Of a stretch of 60,728 nucleotides of DNA, positions 33,510-43,399 are shown piece after piece; positions within the stretch are counted from its first letter, which is position 1, and every line of letters starts with the position of its first letter. Under the pieces are notes generated by a model. The model had not been told where the DNA came from. It made no database searches and saw only the letters and a list, made by a program, of their open reading frames with translations. The position numbers and the translations under genes are program-made. Source of the stretch: Alphaproteobacteria bacterium (GTDB lineage: Bacteria; Pseudomonadota; Alphaproteobacteria; CAAHEQ01; UBA3637); contig JAZSNA010000025.1 in NCBI GenBank assembly GCA_045536135.1, forward strand, positions 1 through 60,728, given 5' to 3'.

Positions 33510-33866
33510 ATGAATGGCGTAGAAAATATAAAAAAAATACAAAAAAAATTAAGACAGATTGAAAAGTCCGAATCCAATATTCGTTTTTCATTTTGGACTA
33601 ATCAATCGCTTGTCACGGAAATGTTTCAATCCGTCCCTGTTTATTTTTTTCCGATTATTATTGATTCCGTCAAAAAATCCGATATGTTGGATATATTTAT
33701 CCATAATAATCTAATATCAATTCCTCTTGACGAGATTAAAAAAAGACAACTCTCTGCCACAGAAAAAAAACAAATCAAAAACAGTATTTATCTTATTTCA
33801 AAAAAAAGCTTTCCTTTTTCAAGAAAATATGATATAATGCACAAAAATAAAGGAAGAGAATTATGA
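33510..33866 (+). CDS. hypothetical protein (or long carD leader)
   Basis: The ORF starts at the predicted TSS without an RBS; K-rich; no recognised domain; overlaps the carD start. Confidence 0.3.
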   Translation: MNGVENIKKIQKKLRQIEKSESNIRFSFWTNQSLVTEMFQSVPVYFFPIIIDSVKKSDMLDIFIHNNLISIPLDEIKKRQLSATEKKQIKNSIYLISKKSFPFSRKYDIMHKNKGREL

Positions 33867-34357
33867 CTAAAGAATATACTTTTAATCCAGGTGATTTCGT
33901 TGTTTATCCGACACATGGTGTCGGTCGTGTAAAGGATATTGTTTGTGATACAATCGGCGGACAAAATTTAAGCTTTTTAGAAGTTAATTTCGAAAAAGAT
34001 CAAATGACAATGAAGATACCGACAACAAATAAACGGTTGCGTTCGATTTCTTCTCGTTCCGTTATGGATGAAGCATTATCAACTTTATCCGGAAAAGCAA
34101 AAGTTAAAAAAATCATGTGGTCAAAACGGGCCAGCGAATATGAAGAAAAAATCAATTCCGGTGATCCGTGTCAAGTTGCACAAGTCGTTCGGGATTTATT
34201 TAAACCAACCGAAAAAAGCGAACAATCTTATAGCGAACGATTGATTTTTGAACAGGCGTTTGAACGACTATCTCATGAATATGCAACATTGGAAAACATC
34301 AGCATTGATGAATCCAATTCCAGATTAAACAAGATTTTGGAAACCGGAAAGTTTTAA
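33863..34357 (+). CDS. carD: CarD/CdnL-family transcription regulator
   Basis: FNPGDFVVYPTHGVGRVKDI Tudor-like RNAP-interaction domain. Confidence 0.9.
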   Translation: MTKEYTFNPGDFVVYPTHGVGRVKDIVCDTIGGQNLSFLEVNFEKDQMTMKIPTTNKRLRSISSRSVMDEALSTLSGKAKVKKIMWSKRASEYEEKINSGDPCQVAQVVRDLFKPTEKSEQSYSERLIFEQAFERLSHEYATLENISIDESNSRLNKILETGKF

Positions 34358-35298
34358 AATAAGTCTTTAATTTTTTGAGCAATTTCACTCGAACAATTTA
34401 ATTTCCCGCCAAATATCATTTGAGCAGATCCAAGTGGCGTTGCAAATCCTTTTTCATACAACATTTGATGTAATCTTTGATGTTTAGAAGACATATTTCC
34501 TTTGGGTGCAAAAATCATTACCGGAACACCCGTTGCACAACATTCCGAACACATAGACATTGAATCGCCCGTCACGACAATCTTATCCGCCCATGATAAA
34601 AGCCCCATATACGGATTATCCCCTTTATCACCGAATTGATATAAAAATGTACTTTTTGCATTAAATGTTTTTTTGATCACATCAATCACTTCCAATGGTG
34701 TTCTGCGTGAAGTCGTTATCAAAACGCTACTTGGTTTCAATTTTAAGACATTTTGACATAAGTCTTCGGCCATTTCTTTTGTAAAATCAAAAGCCTTTGT
34801 TTTTCCGCCGACAATCATTGAAAGCCGAGGCCTTGGGTATTTTTCAAAAACACCTTTCCATTTTTCTTTTTCTATTTTTAATTTTTGATCCGTAATTCGA
34901 TGTGGAGAACCAATAACCCGTAATATGTTTTTTCCACGCACATCCCCATCATGTTCCGGTATCACAACCAAATCCGCATATTTTCGCCCAATCACCCCCG
35001 GATTCATCAACCATATCACTTTCGTTTTCGGAGATTTGTTTTTTATCCACAGCGCCAACATATAACTCCGACGACCTGCCCCGATTAAAATGTCCGGATA
35101 ATTAGATGAAAAATCATGTTTATTTTGTATTCCCCATAACTTATTCAGTTTTAAAGAATTATGAAGCTTTATCCATTTGGTATAAAATACTTTTTTAATT
35201 TCAAACGGCCACTTCAAGGCCTCCGCCACACCCAAAATTTGATTTTCATTCCCTTTTCGATCATCAATCAATAACCAAACTTTTTTACTTTTTGTCAT
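34354..35298 (-). CDS. ELM1/DUF1022-family protein (putative glycosyltransferase-like)
   Basis: WLLIDDRKGNENQILGVAEAL and VTGDSMSMCSECCATGVPV motifs. Start chosen at 35298, overlapping the upstream stop; 35316 or 35313 are also possible. Confidence 0.65.
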   Translation of the reverse strand: MTKSKKVWLLIDDRKGNENQILGVAEALKWPFEIKKVFYTKWIKLHNSLKLNKLWGIQNKHDFSSNYPDILIGAGRRSYMLALWIKNKSPKTKVIWLMNPGVIGRKYADLVVIPEHDGDVRGKNILRVIGSPHRITDQKLKIEKEKWKGVFEKYPRPRLSMIVGGKTKAFDFTKEMAEDLCQNVLKLKPSSVLITTSRRTPLEVIDVIKKTFNAKSTFLYQFGDKGDNPYMGLLSWADKIVVTGDSMSMCSECCATGVPVMIFAPKGNMSSKHQRLHQMLYEKGFATPLGSAQMIFGGKLNCSSEIAQKIKDLF

Positions 35299-35761
35299 AC
35301 GATACAACCTCATCATGAATATAGACGATTTCAACTCCGGCTTGGAGAAACATTTCTTCGGTTTCAGATGTTTGTTTATATTTATATTCTGCAATCACTT
35401 TTTTAATTCCGCAAGCAATTAACAACATTGCACAAGTCCGACATGGCGACATTTTACAATATAAGGTTGCTCCATCGATTGATATCCCCCGTTTAGCCGC
35501 TTGACAAATCGCATTTTGTTCCGCATGAAGGGTTCGCATACAATGTTGAGACGAATGACCATTTTCATCTGTCACCGTTTTAATTAAATGTCCGACATCA
35601 TCACAATGTGGCAATCCGGACGGCGCCCCCACATATCCGGAAGTTAAAATCTGGTTATCTTTGACAATAACACAGGCGGTTTTTCCTCGATCACATGTGG
35701 CTCGATTGGCTAATGCATGCATTACTTCAATAAAATATTCATCCCAAGACGGTCTGGTCAT
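35285..35761 (-). CDS. dCMP deaminase (ComEB family)
   Basis: HAEQNAI and PCRTCAMLL zinc-binding motifs. Confidence 0.85.
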   Translation of the reverse strand: MTRPSWDEYFIEVMHALANRATCDRGKTACVIVKDNQILTSGYVGAPSGLPHCDDVGHLIKTVTDENGHSSQHCMRTLHAEQNAICQAAKRGISIDGATLYCKMSPCRTCAMLLIACGIKKVIAEYKYKQTSETEEMFLQAGVEIVYIHDEVVSYDKK

Positions 35762-35807
35762 ATTTTCTCCTTTCTTTTTTATCTGTTTTAGTATATTATC
35801 AGTTTAT

Positions 35808-36323
35808 ATGAAAAAAATAAACTATTTTTTATCGATATTTCTATTTTTATGTTTTTCCGCCACCGCTGAAATTCAAGTTTATTTTTCGCCCTCTTCGGAT
35901 TGTCAAAATCAGTTGATTAAAAAAATCAACACCTCTGTTCAAAGCATCGATATTGCGATTTATTCTTTTACAGATAAAGATATTCTATCTGCTTTAATTC
36001 AAGCGGCCAATCGTGGTGTTCAAATTCGCATAATAGCTGATAAAAAACAAGCTTTATCCAAATCATCCGTCATTCCCTTTTTATATCAACAGGGTTTTGA
36101 TTTAAAACTCAATTCATCTTTTCAAGCCGAACATAATAAATTTGCTATTTTTGATCAAAAACATGTTATGACCGGTTCATATAATTGGACAAAAAATGCC
36201 CGAGATAACAATTCGGAAAATTGTGTTTTCTTTGATGAAAATATTCAAGCCTTTACCGAAAGATTTGAATTTTTATGGCAAAAGTATGATGAATTAAAAA
36301 CAAGACTTCTTTTTACGGAATAA
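35808..36323 (+). CDS. phospholipase D-family nuclease (Nuc-like), secreted
   Basis: Signal peptide from the internal ATG at 35808; single HKD motif HNKFAIFD...GSYNWT. Confidence 0.8.
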   Translation: MKKINYFLSIFLFLCFSATAEIQVYFSPSSDCQNQLIKKINTSVQSIDIAIYSFTDKDILSALIQAANRGVQIRIIADKKQALSKSSVIPFLYQQGFDLKLNSSFQAEHNKFAIFDQKHVMTGSYNWTKNARDNNSENCVFFDENIQAFTERFEFLWQKYDELKTRLLFTE

Positions 36324-36816
36324 ACAAATAACCGTCGGATGTTGTTTTAATAATATCTTCCGTAATTTTATTTCTTAAATTATAAATCGTTGTTTCAACC
36401 GTATGCGTATTTGCATCAGGTGTATAATTAAAAACATCCCTTTTCACATCTTCCTTTATTCCCGTCGGATGTTTAAATAAATAGATTAATAATTCGGCTT
36501 CTTTTTCGGTTAATAAATATTCTTTTCCTTCTTTTTTATCCGATAATATCCGCCCGTTTAAGGAAAAACGATGACCGGTAAATTTATTTTGTAATGATTT
36601 TATTTCATTTTTCAGTAAATCAATTGAAATCGGTTTTTTAAACTTTCCGCTACCAATTACAATTTTCTTAACCGTCGGATTGCTGATTTTATCAACCCCA
36701 TCGATAATAACAATATCCGCATCATCATTATCTTGATACGGGGCGACATTAAATTCGCTTAAAACATCAAGATACAGCTTTTGTAAATCAATATCCGAAC
36801 ATAAAATATAAATCAT
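36313..36816 (-). CDS. OmpR/PhoB-type winged-helix regulator with degenerate receiver-like N-domain
   Basis: LTEKEAELLIYLFKHP...HTVETTIYNLRNKI wHTH pattern; the N-terminus lacks the usual acidic DD pocket. Confidence 0.55.
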   Translation of the reverse strand: MIYILCSDIDLQKLYLDVLSEFNVAPYQDNDDADIVIIDGVDKISNPTVKKIVIGSGKFKKPISIDLLKNEIKSLQNKFTGHRFSLNGRILSDKKEGKEYLLTEKEAELLIYLFKHPTGIKEDVKRDVFNYTPDANTHTVETTIYNLRNKITEDIIKTTSDGYLFIP

Positions 36817-36879
36817 TAAAAATCCTTTTCATTTTAGATAATATATGATATAAATCAAAAAAGAAAGGATTTTTTTATC

Positions 36880-38121
36880 GTGCTTTTTTTATATAGTCTT
36901 ATTTCTTTTTTATCTTATCCGGTTATTCGATTAATTTTGAAATCCCGTCGAAAAAAGGGAAAGGAAGATCCTGAACGTTATTTGGAACGATATGGATTAT
37001 ATACCATTCCCCGCCCCAAAGGAAGTTTAATTTGGATACATGGTGCTTCGGTCGGCGAATGCTTATCCGCCCTTCCCTTGATTAATGAGTTAGTTAAACA
37101 TCATTCCGTCATGGTCACTTCCGGCACTGTCACATCGGCTCAAATTATGAAAAAAAGACTCCCCAGTGGGGCATTTCATCAATATATTCCTGTTGATTAT
37201 CCGATTTATGTTCAACGTTTTTTAAAGCATTTTAAACCCAATGCCGGTATTTTTATCGACAGCGACTTTTGGCCCAATTTACTTCGATATTCATCAAAAA
37301 AAATGCCTTTAATTTTAGCCAATGGCCGAATTTCGGATCGTTCCTTTGAACGGTGGCAAAAGTTTCCGTTTTTTATCAAACCGCTTTTAGCTTGTTTTAA
37401 AATTTGTTTCGGACAAAGTCGATTGGATACCGAAAGATTACAAAGGCTCGGGGCATCCAAAACCTATTATGTCGGTAATTTAAAATCCGTGACTGCCAAT
37501 TCTCCGTTTGATCCGATGGAGCTTGAAAAAATACAAAATGAAATCGGCAATCGAACTTTTTGGTTGGCTTCCAGCACTCATGAAAACGAAGAAGAACAAA
37601 TTGGAGGATTTTTGAAAAAAGTCAACATCAAGAATTTACTGACAATTATCATTCCTCGACATAATATTCGTGGAGCAGATATCCGAAAAACATTGGAAAA
37701 TCAAGGATTTTCAGTTCATCAAAGATCTTTAGAAGAAAATTTTGATTGTGATATTTACATTGCGGATACAATGGGAGAAACCGGTTTGTTTTATGCCCTG
37801 TCTTCGGTTGTCTTTGTGGGGGGGAGTTTAATTGCCCACGGCGGACAAAATATGTTGGAACCCATGAAAGAATCTTGTGCTGTTTTTGTCGGACCTTATA
37901 CCTTTAATTTCAAAGAGATTATGTCCGGTGCTTTGGATTGGCGAGCAATTATTCAATTAAGGGTCTCTTCCGAATTTGATTCTGTTTTAACTAAATTATT
38001 ATCAGATATAATTTATCGTGAAAAACAAGCGGCAAATGCGAAAAAATTTGCCAATAATGAAATGGCTGTTCTTGATAAAATGATGCCCATTCTTTATCCC
38101 ATTATTTCGGAGGGAAAATGA
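36880..38121 (+). CDS. waaA: 3-deoxy-D-manno-octulosonic acid (Kdo) transferase
   Basis: IWIHGASVGE hallmark; GTG start; size 413 aa. Confidence 0.9.
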   Translation: MLFLYSLISFLSYPVIRLILKSRRKKGKEDPERYLERYGLYTIPRPKGSLIWIHGASVGECLSALPLINELVKHHSVMVTSGTVTSAQIMKKRLPSGAFHQYIPVDYPIYVQRFLKHFKPNAGIFIDSDFWPNLLRYSSKKMPLILANGRISDRSFERWQKFPFFIKPLLACFKICFGQSRLDTERLQRLGASKTYYVGNLKSVTANSPFDPMELEKIQNEIGNRTFWLASSTHENEEEQIGGFLKKVNIKNLLTIIIPRHNIRGADIRKTLENQGFSVHQRSLEENFDCDIYIADTMGETGLFYALSSVVFVGGSLIAHGGQNMLEPMKESCAVFVGPYTFNFKEIMSGALDWRAIIQLRVSSEFDSVLTKLLSDIIYREKQAANAKKFANNEMAVLDKMMPILYPIISEGK

Positions 38122-39032
38122 GACAACCATCATTTTGGTATTGGAAAAATCCGGTTTTAAAAATTTTATATCCGATTGGGTGGATTTATGGTTTTTTAAC
38201 ATTTTTAAGAATAAAATTTAAAAAATCAATACCGGCTCCAAATGTGATTTGTGTCGGGAATTTATCTGTCGGCGGAGTTGGGAAAACGCCAGTTTCCCTT
38301 TATTTATCCACATTATTTAACAAACCGGTCTTTTTAAATCACGGATATAAAAGTCAGGTTCAAAATGTTATTGCACATCATCAGGACGGATTAAGCGACG
38401 AAGCGTTAGAGTTATCACATTATGCTCCAACCGTTGTCAATTCAAATCGCCGAGACGGATATGTTTTGGCTCAAACATTAAATCCGGAAAAAATTATTAT
38501 GGATGACGGCTTTCAAAATCCGGATTTGGATTGTGGAAAACGTATTCTTGTTTTTGACGGACGTTTAGGTATCGGGAATGGCATGTGTTTGCCGGTCGGA
38601 CCGCTTCGTGAACCGTTACGACAAGGCCTTAATCGAGCCAACGCCGTTGTCATCATCGGTGATGATGAAACCGGTCTAGTACGTCAAATCCATAAAACCC
38701 ATCCGCATATGCCCATCTTTTTCGGAGACATTCATATGGTCGCCAAAATAAAACACCGTCAAGCTATTGCTTTCGCAGGTATCGGACGACCGGAAAAATT
38801 TTTCAATATGTTAAAAAAAGCCGGTATTGGGTTAAATATGACTTTTGCTTTTCCGGACCACCATCAATATACGGAAAAAGAAATAGCGTTTATGTGTCAA
38901 TTTAAACAACCCTTGCTCACAACCCGCAAAGATTTTGTCAAAATCCCCCCGCAATTTCAGTCGTTGATAACGGTTGTTGATATTAAGTTTATTCCCCGTA
39001 AAAAAGAAGAAATTGAAAGGTTTTTCAAATGA
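38118..39032 (+). CDS. lpxK: tetraacyldisaccharide 4'-kinase
   Basis: GNLSVGGVGKTP P-loop; overlaps the waaA stop. Confidence 0.9.
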   Translation: MRQPSFWYWKNPVLKILYPIGWIYGFLTFLRIKFKKSIPAPNVICVGNLSVGGVGKTPVSLYLSTLFNKPVFLNHGYKSQVQNVIAHHQDGLSDEALELSHYAPTVVNSNRRDGYVLAQTLNPEKIIMDDGFQNPDLDCGKRILVFDGRLGIGNGMCLPVGPLREPLRQGLNRANAVVIIGDDETGLVRQIHKTHPHMPIFFGDIHMVAKIKHRQAIAFAGIGRPEKFFNMLKKAGIGLNMTFAFPDHHQYTEKEIAFMCQFKQPLLTTRKDFVKIPPQFQSLITVVDIKFIPRKKEEIERFFK

Positions 39033-39952
39033 GTGACTTATTGGCTGTTGCCGTTAAAAAAAACAGAAGTCTGAAACAAAAATATTTTCTTGATCCCTTG
39101 GTTGCTTTTTCAGCATACGGATTGATTAAATTATGTTCTGTTTTACCATTAAAATTTTCGGCTTATTTGGGCGGGATATTGGGAAGTATTATTGGGTTTT
39201 TTATGCGAAAAAAAAATAAAATCGCTTTATATAATCTCAATAAAGTTTTTCCCAATAAATCACAGAAAGAACGAAAAAAAATTTTACGAAAAATGTGGTT
39301 TCATTTTGGAGCAATGTTTGCTGAAACCGCTCAAATCAAAAAACTGATTCAAAAAAACACTCAAATTATCGGAACGGAAGTTATCGAACAAATTAAACAA
39401 AATAAAAAAGGCGGTTTTTTTATTTCAGCTCACATCGGCAACTGGGAGGTCTGTCCACCGTTTTCAGCTCAATTTGGTCTCCCACTTCATCCTTTTTATC
39501 GTCCGGCAAATAATCCGTGGTTTGAAAAACTGATTTTTCAACGACGCAAAATGCCGGGAATTACACTTATTCCCAAAGGAACATCCGGCAATCGCATCAT
39601 GTTATCTCTATTGGCTCAAAAAGAATATATGGCCATATTAGTTGATCAAAAATATAACCTTGGCGCAGATGTCGAATTTTTAGGACATCCGTCCAAAACA
39701 ACAACAGCTATTGAAAGTTTAGCAATTAAAAAGGATATTGATTTAATCCCCATTCGTTGTATTCGAACCGGAGTTGCCCGATATAAGCTGGAAATTTTTC
39801 AGCCATTTGAAATTAAAAAAACAGACATTCCGGAAAAAGATATTCTTGATTTAACAAAACGGGTTAATGATTTACTGTCATCATGGATTTATGAGTATCC
39901 GGAACAATGGCTTTGGATACATCATCGATGGGATAAAAAAGAATACAAATAA
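39029..39952 (+). CDS. lpxL: lipid A biosynthesis late acyltransferase (LpxL/HtrB family)
   Basis: N-terminal TM and an HIGNWE catalytic motif. Confidence 0.8.
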   Translation: MSDLLAVAVKKNRSLKQKYFLDPLVAFSAYGLIKLCSVLPLKFSAYLGGILGSIIGFFMRKKNKIALYNLNKVFPNKSQKERKKILRKMWFHFGAMFAETAQIKKLIQKNTQIIGTEVIEQIKQNKKGGFFISAHIGNWEVCPPFSAQFGLPLHPFYRPANNPWFEKLIFQRRKMPGITLIPKGTSGNRIMLSLLAQKEYMAILVDQKYNLGADVEFLGHPSKTTTAIESLAIKKDIDLIPIRCIRTGVARYKLEIFQPFEIKKTDIPEKDILDLTKRVNDLLSSWIYEYPEQWLWIHHRWDKKEYK

Positions 39953-39956
39953 ACTT

Positions 39957-40388
39957 TTATATTTTCGGACAATATGTGTCACTTTCTATTTTAGTTAATG
40001 TTTCATGAAAAATTATTTCAACAGTGTTGGTATTTTCATCTGTTTTAATACACATATATTTATCCGCACTTTTTTCCATTTCTCCTTTAAACGCCTCTAC
40101 ATCATCAGCATTATTTAATTCAACCGTAATTGAAAAAGTAATCTCATCATTTTTCAGATAAGTACATTTTGTTTGATCAAGTATCTCGTCTTTTTCTGCC
40201 CCTTCACTCATCCGACGATTTTGGGGAGCATATTTTGTTGCCAAAACCAAAACCTTGTTTTTTAAAATGGACATTCGATGTCTTTTAATCACAAATTGCA
40301 TTGTCGTTAATGTAATGGCAGAAATAACTGCAATAACCGCCAATACACCAATTAATTCCACCAACGAACGTCCTTTTTCTTTTTTCAT
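39957..40388 (-). CDS. short prepilin-like protein (no Cys-repeat array)
   Basis: MKKEKGRSLVELIGVLAVIAVISAI has the same G-RSxVE plus hydrophobic-helix N-terminus as the long Cys-rich paralogs. Confidence 0.6.
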   Translation of the reverse strand: MKKEKGRSLVELIGVLAVIAVISAITLTTMQFVIKRHRMSILKNKVLVLATKYAPQNRRMSEGAEKDEILDQTKCTYLKNDEITFSITVELNNADDVEAFKGEMEKSADKYMCIKTDENTNTVEIIFHETLTKIESDTYCPKI

Positions 40389-40399
40389 TTTATACCTTT

Positions 40400-41938
40400 C
40401 TATTCTGTAATATCCATTATTTGAGATACCTGTTGTATTTGTCCTTCTTCGGCTTTTATTTCCTTTGTCCTATTTTCTTTTAGCACATTTTGATATCTTT
40501 TTCTAGATACAAATAAAAACATTTTTTGAGGCAATAAATATGACGCCGAAAATGTTTTGGAAAACATAGATAAAAAATTCGAAAGAACAACTTTTTCCTC
40601 GACATCGCCTTCTTCACGAACCCCCCGCAATAAAATCAAAGAAAGAGTTGCCAAAACAGAGGCAAAAAAGAAAAAGAAATCCCAATGCCTCATCCCAAAA
40701 ACATATAAATCAAATTCGGATATATTACTTTGCCAATTCAAGGTAAAGAATAACTCTTTATCGGCAAAGAAATCCGCCAGAGAACCACCGATTAACGGGG
40801 CTATTCCAGAGGCAAATGCATTTATGATGCCATTAACGGACAAATAAACAGTCGCCCGCCCTTTGGGTGCCAGTTTCAATGTAATGTTTCCCGTTGCCAA
40901 TGTGATACCGGCTTGAGCAATCCCGATAAAAATATAAATTAAAATTAAAAGCGGTATTGTCAAAATATGCGGATTTGGATTGGCTGTAAACAAAAACATA
41001 AAAATACACAATATGTATAATGGACCCGTTGTCAGTAAAACGGATTTATTACTGAATTTATCCGATATTTTACCCCACATTTCCATTACCCAAACATTCA
41101 TCAGCTGGGTAATCGTTGTCAAAACCAAAACCAAACTCATCGGCAGATTTAATTTTTTTAAAATATAAACCGTAAAGAAAGGGACGGCTAAATTTATCGA
41201 AAAATTCCAAAAAGCCAAAAAAGACATCAGTTTTGTAAAATTTCTATCCTCAAATACTTTTTTAAACTTTTTTATAAAACTTTCTTTTATATTATCCGTC
41301 TCCATTTTAGGTTCGGATATTCGGTAATACATATAAATACCGATTAAACAAGTAAAAAAAGCCAAAAACATCAAAGCGGCATAAAAATACTTAACCTGAA
41401 ATGACCAAAAACTTAAAATAATCGCCGCCAACAAATTTACCGTCGTGGCTGCAATAATCATCTTTGACAGACGAGAGGCAAAAAAACGGCCCAAAATCTG
41501 TCCCGGTATCAAATCTTTCATCCAAGAATTCCAAGAACTGGTCGAAAATCCCGAACAAAAACATCGTAAAGTATATAACAAGGCTAAATAATACGATGCA
41601 TACGGAATATCCGGATTTAAAACCAAAAAACCTATCGGTAAAAAAATCATCCGTCCGAAAGACGAAATTGTTAAACATTGCCACTTTCTTTTGTGAAATT
41701 TTTCAACAAAATAAGCACCCGGAAATTGAGCAATATTACATAAATACGGCAATGCGACCAAATACCCGATCAATATATTTGAAGCATTCATCAATAGTGC
41801 AATTGCAATAATAATCGGTCCGGTCGTCAAACTTTCGATAATTTGAGCCGCTATACCATCCCGAACAACCCACGTTAAACTTTTTTGCGTTTGTTTTGAT
41901 GATAGCTGATGTGGTTTCATATTATAGGAAAATGACAT
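40400..41938 (-). CDS. MFS-type transporter
   Basis: About 12 predicted hydrophobic helices; size 512 aa; substrate unknown. Confidence 0.65.
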   Translation of the reverse strand: MSFSYNMKPHQLSSKQTQKSLTWVVRDGIAAQIIESLTTGPIIIAIALLMNASNILIGYLVALPYLCNIAQFPGAYFVEKFHKRKWQCLTISSFGRMIFLPIGFLVLNPDIPYASYYLALLYTLRCFCSGFSTSSWNSWMKDLIPGQILGRFFASRLSKMIIAATTVNLLAAIILSFWSFQVKYFYAALMFLAFFTCLIGIYMYYRISEPKMETDNIKESFIKKFKKVFEDRNFTKLMSFLAFWNFSINLAVPFFTVYILKKLNLPMSLVLVLTTITQLMNVWVMEMWGKISDKFSNKSVLLTTGPLYILCIFMFLFTANPNPHILTIPLLILIYIFIGIAQAGITLATGNITLKLAPKGRATVYLSVNGIINAFASGIAPLIGGSLADFFADKELFFTLNWQSNISEFDLYVFGMRHWDFFFFFASVLATLSLILLRGVREEGDVEEKVVLSNFLSMFSKTFSASYLLPQKMFLFVSRKRYQNVLKENRTKEIKAEEGQIQQVSQIMDITE

Positions 41939-41942
41939 TTTT

Positions 41943-42290
41943 TTATTTCCTTTTTTTGAATTTGATTAAAAATGCCCCATTTTTATCTTCTATTTCGGAA
42001 ACAGACGATTGATATTTTTCAAGCCACAATGGCATTTCCTTTTTAATAATACCTGATCCATCCTTTCCACGTCCCGTAATTATAATAATTTTTTTAGAAC
42101 ATTCCATATGTTCCGTCATATAATCTTGGAACTTTTCAAAAGCATTTTGAACCGTATAACCGTGCAAATCCAATCGAGGTGTAAACAATGAAAATATCTT
42201 TCGTTTTTTGGGTGTTTTATCACCTGCATACTTTAACGGAGTCACTGTTTTTTTTAATTTTTCCCACAATTCAAAATCATCTTTTGTCAT
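41943..42290 (-). CDS. Smr-domain protein
   Basis: LDLHGYTVQNAF...IITGRGK Smr motifs; start chosen at the ATGA overlap with the mltA stop. Confidence 0.8.
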   Translation of the reverse strand: MTKDDFELWEKLKKTVTPLKYAGDKTPKKRKIFSLFTPRLDLHGYTVQNAFEKFQDYMTEHMECSKKIIIITGRGKDGSGIIKKEMPLWLEKYQSSVSEIEDKNGAFLIKFKKRK

Positions 42291-43399
42291 TGCAAAGGTC
42301 TTCGTCCTTTCGGCCATAAAATATAATAAGAACCACTACTTTTCATCCGACCGGCTTTTTCAAATGCCTCATCTCCATAACCCCAAAAATAATCCCCCCG
42401 AATCGGACCTTTTATCGCACTCCCCTTATCCTGAGCGACCACTAATTTTCGTATTTTAGGTTCAGATGTTGTCAAATAAATCGGCGTTGACAAGGGAATA
42501 TAATTCGTATCAACCGCCAAAGAACGTTCTGCCGTTAACGGAACACCGGCAGCACCGATTGGTCCACCCATATCCTCTTTTAAATCAAAGAAGATATATC
42601 GTGGATTTTGTGCCATCAATTCTTTTGCTTTTTTCGGATTCTTTTTCAACCATTTTTTGATTTCCGGCATAGATGCCTTTCCCTTTTTCAATAATCCCTC
42701 ATCTGACATAATTTTCCCGATTCCGACAAAGGGATGACCGTTATTACCGGCATAACCAATCCGATAGACTCCATCCGGTGTTATCACACGACCTGAGCCT
42801 TGAATATGTAAAATAAAGGCATCAATATCACAATCCGCCCATAATAATACCGGTGCATTACATCCGTTCTTCATAATATTCTTTCGGTCAAAGTAAGAAA
42901 CGAAACGTCCGTTTTCCGCCCGACCATAAAAAACATCATCACTTTTATCCCGACAAACATCTGATGAATAAACCTTGATTAAATCATTCGGAATACCGTA
43001 TATCGGCGTTTGATTCGAATGAGTTTGCTTTAATGTTCCAGTTAATTCCGTTTCATAATACCCTGTAAATGTCCCGCTGGTTTTTCCATAAGAAGTGACC
43101 AAATAAGGCGTTAATGTTTTTTCAATATATTTACGTATTTCTTTGGCAGTTTTCTGTTTTTTAAAACCGTCACAAAAACCTTTCCAAATTTCATTGGGAG
43201 CTTGACAAGAGCGAGCCAATGCCTCACCGGCTTTATTAAAATCATCTTTTTTCCAATCCGGCAAGCTTGAAAATTCCATTTCGACAAAATCAAACGGTCG
43301 ATTCGTTCGAGCAATTTTAGTTGACGAACATCCTTCCAACCACATTATTAATAATAAGGTCAGTAAAACCATTATCGGCATTAAAAACATTGCCTTCAT
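42287..43399 (-). CDS. mltA: murein transglycosylase A
   Basis: MltA-specific insert and a 3D domain (LAVDTNYIPLSTPIYL...GSAIKG). Confidence 0.85.
   Translation of the reverse strand: MKAMFLMPIMVLLTLLLIMWLEGCSSTKIARTNRPFDFVEMEFSSLPDWKKDDFNKAGEALARSCQAPNEIWKGFCDGFKKQKTAKEIRKYIEKTLTPYLVTSYGKTSGTFTGYYETELTGTLKQTHSNQTPIYGIPNDLIKVYSSDVCRDKSDDVFYGRAENGRFVSYFDRKNIMKNGCNAPVLLWADCDIDAFILHIQGSGRVITPDGVYRIGYAGNNGHPFVGIGKIMSDEGLLKKGKASMPEIKKWLKKNPKKAKELMAQNPRYIFFDLKEDMGGPIGAAGVPLTAERSLAVDTNYIPLSTPIYLTTSEPKIRKLVVAQDKGSAIKGPIRGDYFWGYGDEAFEKAGRMKSSGSYYILWPKGRRPLQ

Noticed and set aside
39201-39220. A9 homopolymer inside lpxL (RKKNK) as a possible phase-variation tract
   Set aside because: It encodes a Lys-rich juxtamembrane segment in an AT-rich genome, and I saw no evidence of frameshift or heterogeneity. 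It is likely a compositional by-product.
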